From the NCBI GenBank assembly GCA_022844165.1, contig JALHMH010000010.1, forward strand, positions 63,950 through 127,949: a stretch of 64,000 nt of DNA, in the 5' to 3' direction. The notes beneath the pieces are model-generated. The model had not been told where the DNA came from and did no database searches. It worked only from the letters and a program-made list of their open reading frames with translations. The position numbers and the translations under genes are program-made. The number at the start of each line of letters is the position of its first letter. Within the stretch, counting starts at the first letter, position 1. The DNA comes from Lysobacterales bacterium. GTDB lineage: Bacteria > Pseudomonadota > Gammaproteobacteria > Xanthomonadales > SZUA-5. Positions 20,625 through 30,642 of this stretch are shown piece after piece.

Positions 20625-21790
20625 GAATTCTGTTCGCCGCAGATGTCACGCCGAATCCGGACTCAGGTGCGGCGGGAACCGAATGGCAGACGATCCTCGC
20701 GCTGCGTGAGCTCGGGCACGAGGTCGAGACGATTTGGGCGGAGGACTTGGGCCGGCGGATCCAGCATGGCAATCTGCATTATTTGCTGGAGCTGCCGCGA
20801 CGTTACCGCACGGTCATTGCGCAGCGCTGCGAAAGGCGTCAGTTCAACGTGCTGCATGTGAATCAGGGACATTGTTACCTTGCCGCGATCGACCACCAGC
20901 GACGGCAGCGCAGTGGGATTTTCGTTTGTCGCAGCCACGGTCTGGACGACCATATGGAGCAGGTTCTCGCGCCGTGGCGACAACGTCTGAGTGTGGCAGC
21001 GGCATCGTCGGGCAAGCGCGCGCTCAGCGCGCTGCTGTGGCGAGCGCTGGCGCGGCACGATCGGCTCGCCTATCGCCATGCCGATGGCGTGCTCGTGAGC
21101 GCCAGCCACGATGCCGAGTACCTGACCAACACCATGCGCGTGGCGCCCGAACGCGTTGCGGCGGTCGCGCAGGCTCCTGCAGCTGCATTTGTCGAGAACG
21201 TTGCCCCGACCATGAATGCGACACGCGCGCGCAAGCTGTTGCATGTTGGCGGTTTCGCGTACTGGAAAGGTGTCCATGCGGTGGCAGAAGCGGCGAACGC
21301 CATATTGCCCGCGGCGCCGGACGCGACACTGACCTGGGTATGCCGCGAGGAAGAGCACGCAAAGGTTCATGCGCTCCTGGCGCCAGCGGTGCGTTCGCAA
21401 GTCACATTGCGTTCGTGGGTGCCGCAGGCGGAATTGCGCGAAATCTATGACGCCCACGGGATTTTCCTGGCGCCGTCATTGTTCGAAGGATTTGGCAAGG
21501 TGTTCCTGGAAGCAATGGCGCGTGGCCTGATCGTCATCGGCACGCCAACCGGAGGCATGCGTGACATCATTCGCCCTGAGCGCGATGGGTACATTGTGCC
21601 GTTTCACGACCCAGCGGCACTTGTGGCGGCCGTAACGCGCGTTTGGAATCGGCCCGACACTGCGCAAGCGATGTCCGAGGCCGCTGCCAGCCGCGCACGC
21701 GAATACTCCTGGCGGCGCACCGCGCTCGAAGTTGCTACCTTTTATCAGAGGCTCATAGATCGTCGTGGCCTTGCCAACCATGTTGGTTAG
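20621..21790 (+). CDS. GT4 glycosyltransferase, apparent CTG start
   Basis: (L)RILFAAD N-terminus; [18 protein letters not shown]. Confidence 0.85.
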   Translation: MRILFAADVTPNPDSGAAGTEWQTILALRELGHEVETIWAEDLGRRIQHGNLHYLLELPRRYRTVIAQRCERRQFNVLHVNQGHCYLAAIDHQRRQRSGIFVCRSHGLDDHMEQVLAPWRQRLSVAAASSGKRALSALLWRALARHDRLAYRHADGVLVSASHDAEYLTNTMRVAPERVAAVAQAPAAAFVENVAPTMNATRARKLLHVGGFAYWKGVHAVAEAANAILPAAPDATLTWVCREEEHAKVHALLAPAVRSQVTLRSWVPQAELREIYDAHGIFLAPSLFEGFGKVFLEAMARGLIVIGTPTGGMRDIIRPERDGYIVPFHDPAALVAAVTRVWNRPDTAQAMSEAAASRAREYSWRRTALEVATFYQRLIDRRGLANHVG

Positions 21791-22343
21791 GCGCCTGTAC
21801 GCGACGCTCGAATGGTGGCGCATCGCCAGGTGTCGTCTGCGCACCCATCTATGGCGTTTGCGAGGTGGGAGCGAGATTCACGGCAAGTGTCTGATCGATG
21901 GCGGCGTGAGAATCGAGCGGCCGTGGTTGGTCAGGCTTGGGCCGCGGTGTGTACTGCAGCGCGATGTGTGGTTAAACACGACCGGAGACCATGCGCGGAT
22001 TGAGATTGGCGCTTTTGGCTTTGTCGGACGCGGTGTCCAGTTCGAAGTCAGTAACGCAATCGTCATTGGTCGGGGCGTTCTCATCGCGCCCGGCGTGTAT
22101 CTGACCGATCACAATCACAGCACCGCGCCCGGCCCGCCGATGTTCGAGCAGGCTTGCACCGCGGCACCCATTGCCATTGGCGACGATGTGTGGATCGGGG
22201 CAAACGCGGTGGTGCTGCCGGGCGTCACCATTGGTGCCGGTGCAGTGGTGGCGGCGGGTGCCGTCGTGCATCGCGATGTGCCGCCAAGGGCGATCGTCGG
22301 CGGCGTGCCGGCGCGAATCATCCGATTTCGAGAGGACGCATGA
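21780..22343 (+). CDS. Hexapeptide-repeat O-acyltransferase
   Basis: [30 protein letters not shown]. Confidence 0.9.
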   Translation: MLVRRLYATLEWWRIARCRLRTHLWRLRGGSEIHGKCLIDGGVRIERPWLVRLGPRCVLQRDVWLNTTGDHARIEIGAFGFVGRGVQFEVSNAIVIGRGVLIAPGVYLTDHNHSTAPGPPMFEQACTAAPIAIGDDVWIGANAVVLPGVTIGAGAVVAAGAVVHRDVPPRAIVGGVPARIIRFREDA

Positions 22344-23203
22344 ATCACAACAAGTTGCGAGCGGTTTGTTGGCTCAATCGCTTCGGCGTGCTGCCGAGGG
22401 TCCGACGCGCATTTGCGCGAACGCCGCCCGGCACCTTGGTCGATCGTGAGTTGTTTGGTCTGACGCAAGTGCTCGATATCGGCCGCAGCGATGCTCAACA
22501 GCTGCTGTTCGTCGAAGGCGAGCGCTTCATCGAGGAGCGCCATTTGCTGCGCCGGCTGTTGCGCCCCGGCATGACGGTCGTCGATGTCGGCGCCAACATC
22601 GGTTACTACCTGCTATTGGCCAAACAGATCTGCGGTGCTGATGCGCGCGTCATCTGCATTGAGCCATCGCAAGAGAATCTGCCGGAACTGAAGGAGACCA
22701 TTGAGCGCAATCGTATGCGCGACGTCATCGTACACGAAGTGGCGCTCGGCGATCGCGATGGCGAGATCGGATTGCGCTCCGGGATCAACAGCGGCGTCGT
22801 CGAAGGCGGCGGCGAGTACCGGGTTCCTGTGCGGCGCTTGGATGAACTGATCGAAGAGCGAGTGGATTTCATCAAGATCGATGTGGAAGGTTTCGAGGGG
22901 CAGGTGCTGCTTGGCGCCGTCGAGTTGCTGAAACGCTGGCGCCCGCTGTTGTTCCTGGAATTGCATCCCTTGGGGACCGGCCGCTTTGGACACAGTTGTC
23001 GCGCGATTTTGGATCGTCTGCGTGAGATCTACTCAACGATCGAGCTGTATCACAAACACCCCACCCAGGGACCGCTCGACAAGGTACTGCTGCGGTACGG
23101 GTTGAGGGCCCCGGTTGTGCCGGTCATGGATGCTGATGACTATGTAGCCCGGCATGATGCGAGCGCTGCGTTCCACACCTACTGGGCCGTCTGCCGGCCA
23201 TGA
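22340..23203 (+). CDS. FkbM family methyltransferase
   Basis: [20 protein letters not shown]. Confidence 0.9.
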   Translation: MNHNKLRAVCWLNRFGVLPRVRRAFARTPPGTLVDRELFGLTQVLDIGRSDAQQLLFVEGERFIEERHLLRRLLRPGMTVVDVGANIGYYLLLAKQICGADARVICIEPSQENLPELKETIERNRMRDVIVHEVALGDRDGEIGLRSGINSGVVEGGGEYRVPVRRLDELIEERVDFIKIDVEGFEGQVLLGAVELLKRWRPLLFLELHPLGTGRFGHSCRAILDRLREIYSTIELYHKHPTQGPLDKVLLRYGLRAPVVPVMDADDYVARHDASAAFHTYWAVCRP

Positions 23204-24117
23204 CCTCGCTGCCGCTCACTGTCGCTATTCCCACGTTCGGCCGCGATTCGGTGCTGACCGACACGATCACCGCTTTGCTGGAGCAGCATCCGCCAGCGGC
23301 GGAGATCCTGATCGTCGACCAGACACCCGTGCATGATGCCGAGACCGAGCAACGCCTGACGCAGTGGCATGCGCAAAGTGCGATCCATTGGATTCGCAAA
23401 GAGCGACCATCACAACCGGCTGCACTGAATGTCGCGCTCGCGCAGGCCACGCAGCCTTTCGTGCTGATGCTCGACGACGATATTCGCATCGATCCTGGCT
23501 TTCTTGCGGCGCATCTCGAAGGATTCATCGCCGCCGATGTCTGGATGGTGGTAGGACAGGTATTGCAGCCTGGAGAGGAACCGCTGGTCGGCCCTGTGCC
23601 GCGCGATCAGGGGCCGTTGGCCGATCTGCAGTTTCCGTTTCGCAGCGCCGAACCGGCTTGGATCAGCAATGGCATGAGCGGCAACATGACCGTACGCCGC
23701 GAACGGATCCTGGCGTTGGGTGCGTTCGATGAGAACTTTACGCCGCCGGTGTCATATCGCTTCGATACCGATTTGTGCAAACGCTTGACGCGCGCCGGGG
23801 GACGCATTCGCTTCCAGCCAAAAGCGCGCATCTACCACTTGCGCGCACAGCGCGGCGGCACACGATCGGTGGGCAGCCACTTGAACTCCGCTTCGCCAGT
23901 GCACGGCGTGGGCGACTACTACTTCGCGCTGCGCCAGGGGCTGTCGTGGTCGATGCTGCGTTACCTGCTGCGCCGCCCGATTCGCGAAGTTTGTACGCGC
24001 TATCACTTGAGACGGCCCTGGTGGATTCCGGTCAAGCTGATCGGCGAATTGCGTGCGATGGTCATGGCGCTGACACTGCTGGCGCGTGGGCCGGCGTATC
24101 CGGATCGGTTGCGATGA
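23200..24117 (+). CDS. GT2 glycosyltransferase
   Basis: VAIPTFGR, IVDQT, MLDDD, FDENF. Confidence 0.88.
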   Translation: MTSLPLTVAIPTFGRDSVLTDTITALLEQHPPAAEILIVDQTPVHDAETEQRLTQWHAQSAIHWIRKERPSQPAALNVALAQATQPFVLMLDDDIRIDPGFLAAHLEGFIAADVWMVVGQVLQPGEEPLVGPVPRDQGPLADLQFPFRSAEPAWISNGMSGNMTVRRERILALGAFDENFTPPVSYRFDTDLCKRLTRAGGRIRFQPKARIYHLRAQRGGTRSVGSHLNSASPVHGVGDYYFALRQGLSWSMLRYLLRRPIREVCTRYHLRRPWWIPVKLIGELRAMVMALTLLARGPAYPDRLR

Positions 24118-25121
24118 CACGTGGCACGATTCTGGTGACGGGCGCCGCAGGCTATTTGGGCTCGCACACGGTGCTGGCCTTGTGGGAGAGCGGCTTCGAG
24201 GTTGTTGGGATCGATGACTATTCGAACTCCGAGCGCTCGGTTGTGTCGCGCATCGAAGCGCTGGGCCAGCGAGCGCTGACGATGATCGAGGGTAATGTGC
24301 GCGATGCCGATTGTCTTGCCGCAACTTTTGGTCGGTTCAACATCGTCGGCGCGGTCCATTTTGCGGCGCGCAAGTCGATCGAGGAGTCGTTTGCCGAGTC
24401 ACTTTCGTATTACGATGTCAACGTCGCTGGCACGTTGACGGTTCTGCAGCAGTGCCAGCGAGCCGGCGTCAACGCATTCGTGTTCAGCAGTTCTGCGACG
24501 GTGTATGACGCCACGCAGCCATCGCCAGTCGACGAAAACAGTCGCTTGCTTGGGGCAAGCCCTTACGGCCGCAGCAAGCTCATCGGCGAACGCATGCTGC
24601 GCGATGCTGCTCAGGCGAGTGGATTGCGTTACGCGATATTGCGTTACTTCAATCCCGTTGGTGCCCATCCAAGCGGTTCGATTGGCGAGAACCCTCGAGG
24701 CAAGCCCGGCAATTTGATGCCCGTCGTGTGCCGGGTCGCTGCCAGTCGGCAATCGCAATTGTCGGTCTTCGGTAACGACTATTCGACGATGGACGGCACT
24801 GGCGTCCGCGATTTTGTGCACGTGCAAGACGTGGCCGAAGCGCACGTGCACGCCTTGGAAGCTTTGCTGCAGGATCGTGAGACGCTGTGTCTGAACATTG
24901 GCACCGGCAGCGGCACGAGCGTACTGACATTGATCGATGCCTTCGAACGGGCCAATGGCGTGCGCGTACCGCATGTTATTGCACCGCGCCGCCATGGTGA
25001 TGTCGCGGCGATGGTGGCCAATGTGGGCGAAGCTGCGCGCAGCATCGGCTGGCGCGCAACACGCAATCTGGACGCAATGTGCCGCGACGCCTGGCGCTTC
25101 GCGCAAACCCTTGGGTGTTGA
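24114..25121 (+). CDS. galE: UDP-glucose 4-epimerase
   Basis: GAAGYLG, SSSATVY, YGRSK, LRYFNPVGAH, DGTGVRD. Confidence 0.92.
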   Translation: MTRGTILVTGAAGYLGSHTVLALWESGFEVVGIDDYSNSERSVVSRIEALGQRALTMIEGNVRDADCLAATFGRFNIVGAVHFAARKSIEESFAESLSYYDVNVAGTLTVLQQCQRAGVNAFVFSSSATVYDATQPSPVDENSRLLGASPYGRSKLIGERMLRDAAQASGLRYAILRYFNPVGAHPSGSIGENPRGKPGNLMPVVCRVAASRQSQLSVFGNDYSTMDGTGVRDFVHVQDVAEAHVHALEALLQDRETLCLNIGTGSGTSVLTLIDAFERANGVRVPHVIAPRRHGDVAAMVANVGEAARSIGWRATRNLDAMCRDAWRFAQTLGC

Positions 25122-27012
25122 ACTATCGCGCTGACATCGATGGCTTGCGCGCCATTGCAGTCCTACTGGTGGTTGTTTATCACGCAAGCCCGACCTGGCT
25201 AAGCGGTGGCTTCATCGGCGTCGATGTGTTCTTCGTGATCAGCGGATTTCTGATTACGCGCTTGTTGTTCGAAGAGGAGCAGGTTAGCGGGCAGATTTCG
25301 CTTGCTGCATTTTATGCGCGCCGGATTCGACGTCTGTTACCTGCGCTGTTGCTGATGCTCGCCAGCGTGATGCTTCTGGGCCTGATGGTGCTGTCGCCGG
25401 CGATCGGCGAAGTGCAAGGGTTGGCGCAATCGACGCTGGCGACTCTGGCACTGGTGTCGAACCACTACTTTGCGCGAAGCACTGGCTACTTCGACGAACC
25501 GGCAGAACAGCAGGTGCTCTTGCACACCTGGTCATTGTCTGTCGAAGAGCAGTTTTACTTGATATGGCCGGTGCTGCTGTTGTTGCTTCTGCGCGCCGCG
25601 CGGCAATGGCATTGGTCTGGACGGAGCGTCGTCTTGTGGACGCTGGCGCTCCTGTGTTCTTCGTCACTTCTGGCTTCGCTGTGGCTGACCCGCGCCAGCC
25701 CAGTTTCGCGTTTTTTGCATTGCCGACCAGGGCATGGGAATTTGCGGTGGGCGGTCTGGCGTCGATCGCTTTGATCGGCTGCCGGGAGCGACCCCGACTG
25801 GGGGCGCTCTGCGGAAGCGCTGGCGTCGTCGGGATCTTCGTTGGCGCGATGTGGATCGACGATGGCATGGCGTTTCCGGGGGCGCTCGCATTGTGGCCGG
25901 TGGCCGCGACGACTCTGGTGCTGGTGGGTGGCGCTCTGGCGCCAAACGCCGTAACCACCCGTGGGCTGCGACTGAAGCTGCTGGTGGCGATTGGGCTCAT
26001 TTCGTACGGCTGGTATCTATGGCATTGGCCGTTGTTGACGTTGGCGCGCATTCATCTGCTTGGCGAGTTGGACCAACTCGGCGCTATCGCGATTTGTCTG
26101 CTGGCTCTGCTGATTGCGGCGCTGAGTTATCGCTATGTTGAAAAACCGTTCCGCCAACCGGCCGATATCCGACCGACTCTGCAGCGCGGCGCGATGGCCG
26201 GGATCGCAGTGGCACTGATGGCAACCAGCGCCGGCGCCTGGGCAAAATGGTGGTGGCCGCAGAGCGAATCGAATTCGTCGCTGCGGGCGGCCTTGATCGG
26301 CACGCAGAAGGTCGTGGTGCCCTGCGGCCAGGAGCGACCCTACAAAGCCCTTAACGATCGCACGTTGTGCACCTTCGGCGACGCCGAAGCGGCAATCGTA
26401 CTCTGGGGAGATTCGCACGCGGCGCATTTCCTGCCCGCTCTGCAGCATGTACACTCAAAGAGTATTCGCGTGCGATATATGCCCGCATGCCCACCGATTC
26501 CAGACTATTTGCCGAGTCTCGTTGGCATCGATCCGCAGATGGGCTGCGAGCATTTCAATCGTGACGTACTGGACGAAATCCGTGCTACGCGCCCTGCGAC
26601 GGTTGTGCTCAGCGCACGCTGGCGCGCCTACATTTCGAATGCCGCCGCACGGGATGCAGCGAGCAAAGGTCTTCAGTATCTGTCGCAGGAGCTCGCAAAA
26701 GTGGGCGTGCAAGTTCTGGTGATGTTGCCACCACCCGAGGTGCCGCATTCCGCGCCGGCCTGCCTGGCGCGTCGAGACATCGTCGATTGCAGCGTCGAAA
26801 GTGCGATCGCGATGCTACAACGCGAAGCGGCGGTCGCGTTGCTTCGCGAGTCATTTGCTGGGGCCGAATTGATCGACCCATTTCCTACGTTGTGCCCAGG
26901 GCAGTCGTGTTCGCCAATACTCGATGGCGTGGCGCTATACACCGACGCTCATCATTTGAGCGTCGCGGGATCGCAACGAATCGGCGGATTGATTGCCGAT
27001 GCCTTGCGCTAG
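25118..27012 (+). pseudogene. OafA/YrhL-type acyltransferase-3 plus SGNH domain, split by a -1 frameshift near 25690-25717
   Basis: Frame A: YRADIDGLRAIAV, GVDVFFVISG, HTWSLSVEEQFY. Frame B continues FFALPTRAWE, SYGWYLWHWP, WGDSHA, YTDAHHL. Confidence 0.85.
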
Positions 27013-27250
27013 CCAGTCTTCCATTCGCATGGGAAGTGTTCCGCGGCTTCAACGCGAATGCTGCAGGGCGCCTGGTCGCCATTCGCTGCCATGACTTCAT
27101 CCAAGATGTCGGCGCCGCCGTCAGCTTCGGCGGGCGCATTGCTCGCGCGATGCAGGCATGCCAGCCTGCGCCCTCGGGCTTCTCCCGGGCCCAAGTCCAC
27201 CGGAGACATATTCCAATGACACCGGGACCTCAGGCTGGTCGAACAGTGCA

Positions 27251-28345
27251 ATGTCGCATCTACTGATCGACGCGCTATCGGTGAACAACTTCTCTGGGCG
27301 GCATGTGCTGGCCGGCCATATGCGCCAGATGCGCCTGGCACTACCCGACTGGCGCTTCACGATGCTGGTGCAGCGCAGCCAGTCACAGTTGGCGCACGAG
27401 TGCGGCGTCATGCCGATGGAAGCGCCCGTGGGTGCTGGGGCGATGGCGCGTGTCCGGTTCACGCTTCGCCATTTGCCGCGCTGGACACGCGAAATCGGTG
27501 CCGACTTTTTGTTTACGCCGGCTGGCATGTTAACGGCAGGGTGTCCTCTCCCTCAGGTTGTGCTGGCGCAAAACCCCTGGCCGCTCATGGGTCTGGCGCG
27601 TGGCACCGAGCGCCTGCGGACCTACTTGCAAACACGTGCCTTTGCGGCCGCGCAGCGTCAGGCGCGTGTCATGGTTTACAACTCACGCTACATGCAAGCG
27701 CTTTACATGGATAAGCTCGGTCAACGCAATGGATCGAGCGTGATCGCGTATCAGGGGATCGATGAGCGCTACTTCGAGCAACCCGCCCCAATCGCACTGT
27801 CCGCGCGACGCGATCTGGTATTGGTTTCGGTGATGGCCGCACACAAGGCGGTGGAGGATGCGGTCGCGGCCTTTGCGCGGGCGAAACTCGGCAGCGAAAC
27901 GCGATTGCGCCTGATGGGTCCCTGGCCGGAACACGCCTATCGTCAGCGAGTTGAGCGCGCAGTGGCAGCGCACGGACTGTTAGATCGCGTCGTCATCGAA
28001 GGCGAAGTCGGGCAGGCGCAGCTCTTGTCGGCGTATCGCGAGGCGCGAGCCTTCGTCTTGCTCAGTCGCTGCGAGTCCTTCGGTATTCCTGCCATCGAAG
28101 CACAGAGCCAGGGGACACCGACCATAGTTGCCTCAGGTACCGCGGCACCGGAAGTCGCTGGCGGTGGTGGCATGATCGTACCCGCAGGCGATACCTTTGC
28201 TGCCGCGCAGGCCATGACCACGTTGATGAGCGACGATACGTCGTGGCATCGCTACTCCAGCGCGGCACTGGACAACGCTTGTCGTTTTCGATTCTCACGG
28301 TGCTCCGGGCCGTTGATAGACGCACTACGTGATTTATCGGGGTGA
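27251..28345 (+). CDS. GT4 glycosyltransferase
   Basis: HKAVE, SRCESFGIPAIEAQSQGTP. Confidence 0.88.
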   Translation: MSHLLIDALSVNNFSGRHVLAGHMRQMRLALPDWRFTMLVQRSQSQLAHECGVMPMEAPVGAGAMARVRFTLRHLPRWTREIGADFLFTPAGMLTAGCPLPQVVLAQNPWPLMGLARGTERLRTYLQTRAFAAAQRQARVMVYNSRYMQALYMDKLGQRNGSSVIAYQGIDERYFEQPAPIALSARRDLVLVSVMAAHKAVEDAVAAFARAKLGSETRLRLMGPWPEHAYRQRVERAVAAHGLLDRVVIEGEVGQAQLLSAYREARAFVLLSRCESFGIPAIEAQSQGTPTIVASGTAAPEVAGGGGMIVPAGDTFAAAQAMTTLMSDDTSWHRYSSAALDNACRFRFSRCSGPLIDALRDLSG

Positions 28346-29463
28346 GTCGGCTGCACAAATGGTGGTTGGCGCATATCGCAAGGCCAGATCCGGCGCAGAC
28401 CTTCCTGCCCGCGATCGATGGATTACGCTTCGTGGCGATCGCGCTTGTGGTGTTGTATCACGTGCAAGGCTACGTGTCTTCGCGAGCGGGACTTCCAGTC
28501 CACGGTGGCGACGGTTTACATCAATGGTTGGTGCACGGTTCCTTCGGTGTGCCACTGTTCTTTGCGATCAGTGGGTTCATCATTGCCAGCCAGTGGTTCG
28601 CTGGGCGCCCGCCTTCCCTGGCTCGCTATCTGCTGCGTCGTATCACGCGCCTTGAGCCGCCGTACATCGTCTCGATGTTGCTGATTTTTGGGCTGAAAGT
28701 AGCCGTCCTCGGTGTTGCGTTTTCGGAGCTGATGCCGCACTTGATGATCAGCCTCGTGTATCTGCACGGACCGATTTTCGGCACCCACAGCGAAGTGAAC
28801 GGCGTTGCCTGGTCGCTGGAGGTCGAATGGCAGTTTTACCTGCTGGCGCCGCTGATCCTGACCGCGGCGTTGCGGCTGCAACCCTCACAGGCGACGTGGG
28901 TCTTGGCCGGTCTCGTATTCCTCGGCGGCATCGTGCACGGTCTTGCGGATTCGCTTGCGCCGCGGATTGCCCTGAGTGTGTTGCAATACTTCGGGTTTTT
29001 TCTCGCCGGCGTCTGGGTTGCACAGCAGCACACTGCAACGGCTCGAAGCGCCACGGCATTTGATGCAGCCGCACTTACGGCGGCCGTGGCGATTGGTGCT
29101 GCATTGCACCTGGGCGGGCTCGCATCGGCCGTGCTGCCGCTGCTCACCGCCGCTTTTCTGGCCTCAAGCCTGCGCTCGAAGTGGTGGTCGGCGTTGCTGT
29201 CGTGGTGGCCGATCCACGGCATCGGCGCGATGTGCTACACAATTTACCTCTACCACTTCTTCATTGTCTCGGGCATCGGCCGCGTCTGGCCGCACGACAG
29301 CTTCGGCCCATCTTCAATCGATCTGGTGATCTTCGCTGCCTTCACGTTTCCGCTGGTCGTTGTCGTCTGCACCGTGCCTTACGTTCTGATCGAACGCCCG
29401 TTCATGGTCTGGCGGCCGGGCGTTACGCGATTACGCGACGCGCTTTCCTGGATGCGTCGATGA
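28342..29463 (+). CDS. Acyltransferase family 3 (membrane O-acyltransferase)
   Basis: IDGLRF, GVPLFFAISG, RRITRL, WSLEVEWQFY, YTIYLYH. Confidence 0.92.
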   Translation: MSRLHKWWLAHIARPDPAQTFLPAIDGLRFVAIALVVLYHVQGYVSSRAGLPVHGGDGLHQWLVHGSFGVPLFFAISGFIIASQWFAGRPPSLARYLLRRITRLEPPYIVSMLLIFGLKVAVLGVAFSELMPHLMISLVYLHGPIFGTHSEVNGVAWSLEVEWQFYLLAPLILTAALRLQPSQATWVLAGLVFLGGIVHGLADSLAPRIALSVLQYFGFFLAGVWVAQQHTATARSATAFDAAALTAAVAIGAALHLGGLASAVLPLLTAAFLASSLRSKWWSALLSWWPIHGIGAMCYTIYLYHFFIVSGIGRVWPHDSFGPSSIDLVIFAAFTFPLVVVVCTVPYVLIERPFMVWRPGVTRLRDALSWMRR

Positions 29464-30641
29464 AGGTCGCGATGGTGACAACGCATCCGATTCAATACCA
29501 GGTGCCGTGGCTGCGAATGTTGGGTGCCTCCCCGGGCATCGATTTGACCGTCTACTTCGCGATGCTGCCGGATAGCGCCGAACAGGGTCGGGAGTTCGGT
29601 GTCGCGTTCGACTGGGATGTGCCGTTGCTCGATGGCTATCGCCACGTTGTTTTGCAGAACGTAGCAACGCAACCGTCGCTGACGCAATTTGCCGGCTGCG
29701 ATACGCCGGAGATCATCGACATCATCCGACGCGAACGATTCGATGCGGTCATCGTCAACGGCTGGGGAACCAGAACCGCACTCCAGGCGCTCTGGGCCTG
29801 TCTGCGCACCGGCACGCCCTGCATTTTTCGCGGTGAAGTCAATGGCCTGACACCCCGCGCCTGGTGGAAACGGCTTGGGCATCGATTGTTGCTCGGCCGT
29901 TACGCAGCCGTGTTGTGCATCGGCTCAGCCAATCGCCGTTATTGCAAGGAAGCCGGCGTGCGTTCGGATCGGCTTTACGACACGCCGTACTGCGTCGACA
30001 ACGCGTACTTCGCCAAGGCGGCAGAGCGAGCTTTGGCTGCGCAGGGACGCGATGTACTGCGCGGGCAATTCGGTCTGGCGCCGCAAGTGCCCACTTTTCT
30101 CTTTTCGGGGAAACTGGTGGCCAAGAAGCGACCACAGGATTTCATCGAGGCGATTGCCCAACTCCGGTCGAGCGGTGTTGCCCTGCAGGGACTGCTGGTC
30201 GGGGCAGGACCGATGATGGATGCCTTGCAACAGCAAGCGAGAGATTTGCCGATTCGCTTTGCGGGCTTTCTCAACCAGAGCCAGATGGCTGCTGCGTATG
30301 CGGCCAGCGATGTGCTGGTGCTGCCCTCAGATGCTGGCGAGACCTGGGGACTCGTGGTCAATGAAGCGATGGCGTGCGGATTGGCCGTTGTCGTCAGCGA
30401 CCGCGTTGGTTGCGCGAGCGATCTGGTAGATGCATCGACGGGTGGGACCTTCGCCTGTGGCGATGTGCCTTGCCTGGCGAGCGTTATGCAGCTTCTGGCG
30501 ACCGATCCTGATCGACTTGCATCCGCCGGGCGTCGGGCGCTACAACGCGTGCAACCCTACTGTTTCTCTGCGGTGGTCGAGGGCTGCCTTCGCGCGCTCG
30601 AGAAAACCGCGCGTCCGGGTCGCATCCGCCACGCGAAATGA
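29460..30641 (+). CDS. GT4 glycosyltransferase
   Basis: THPIQYQ, FSGKL, ETWGLVVNEAMACG. Confidence 0.92.
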   Translation: MKVAMVTTHPIQYQVPWLRMLGASPGIDLTVYFAMLPDSAEQGREFGVAFDWDVPLLDGYRHVVLQNVATQPSLTQFAGCDTPEIIDIIRRERFDAVIVNGWGTRTALQALWACLRTGTPCIFRGEVNGLTPRAWWKRLGHRLLLGRYAAVLCIGSANRRYCKEAGVRSDRLYDTPYCVDNAYFAKAAERALAAQGRDVLRGQFGLAPQVPTFLFSGKLVAKKRPQDFIEAIAQLRSSGVALQGLLVGAGPMMDALQQQARDLPIRFAGFLNQSQMAAAYAASDVLVLPSDAGETWGLVVNEAMACGLAVVVSDRVGCASDLVDASTGGTFACGDVPCLASVMQLLATDPDRLASAGRRALQRVQPYCFSAVVEGCLRALEKTARPGRIRHAK

Positions 30642-30642
30642 G

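Noticed and set aside
27013-27250. 240-bp gap in the operon and minus-strand ORF 27009-27341
   Set aside because: No recognisable protein, repeat or RNA motif
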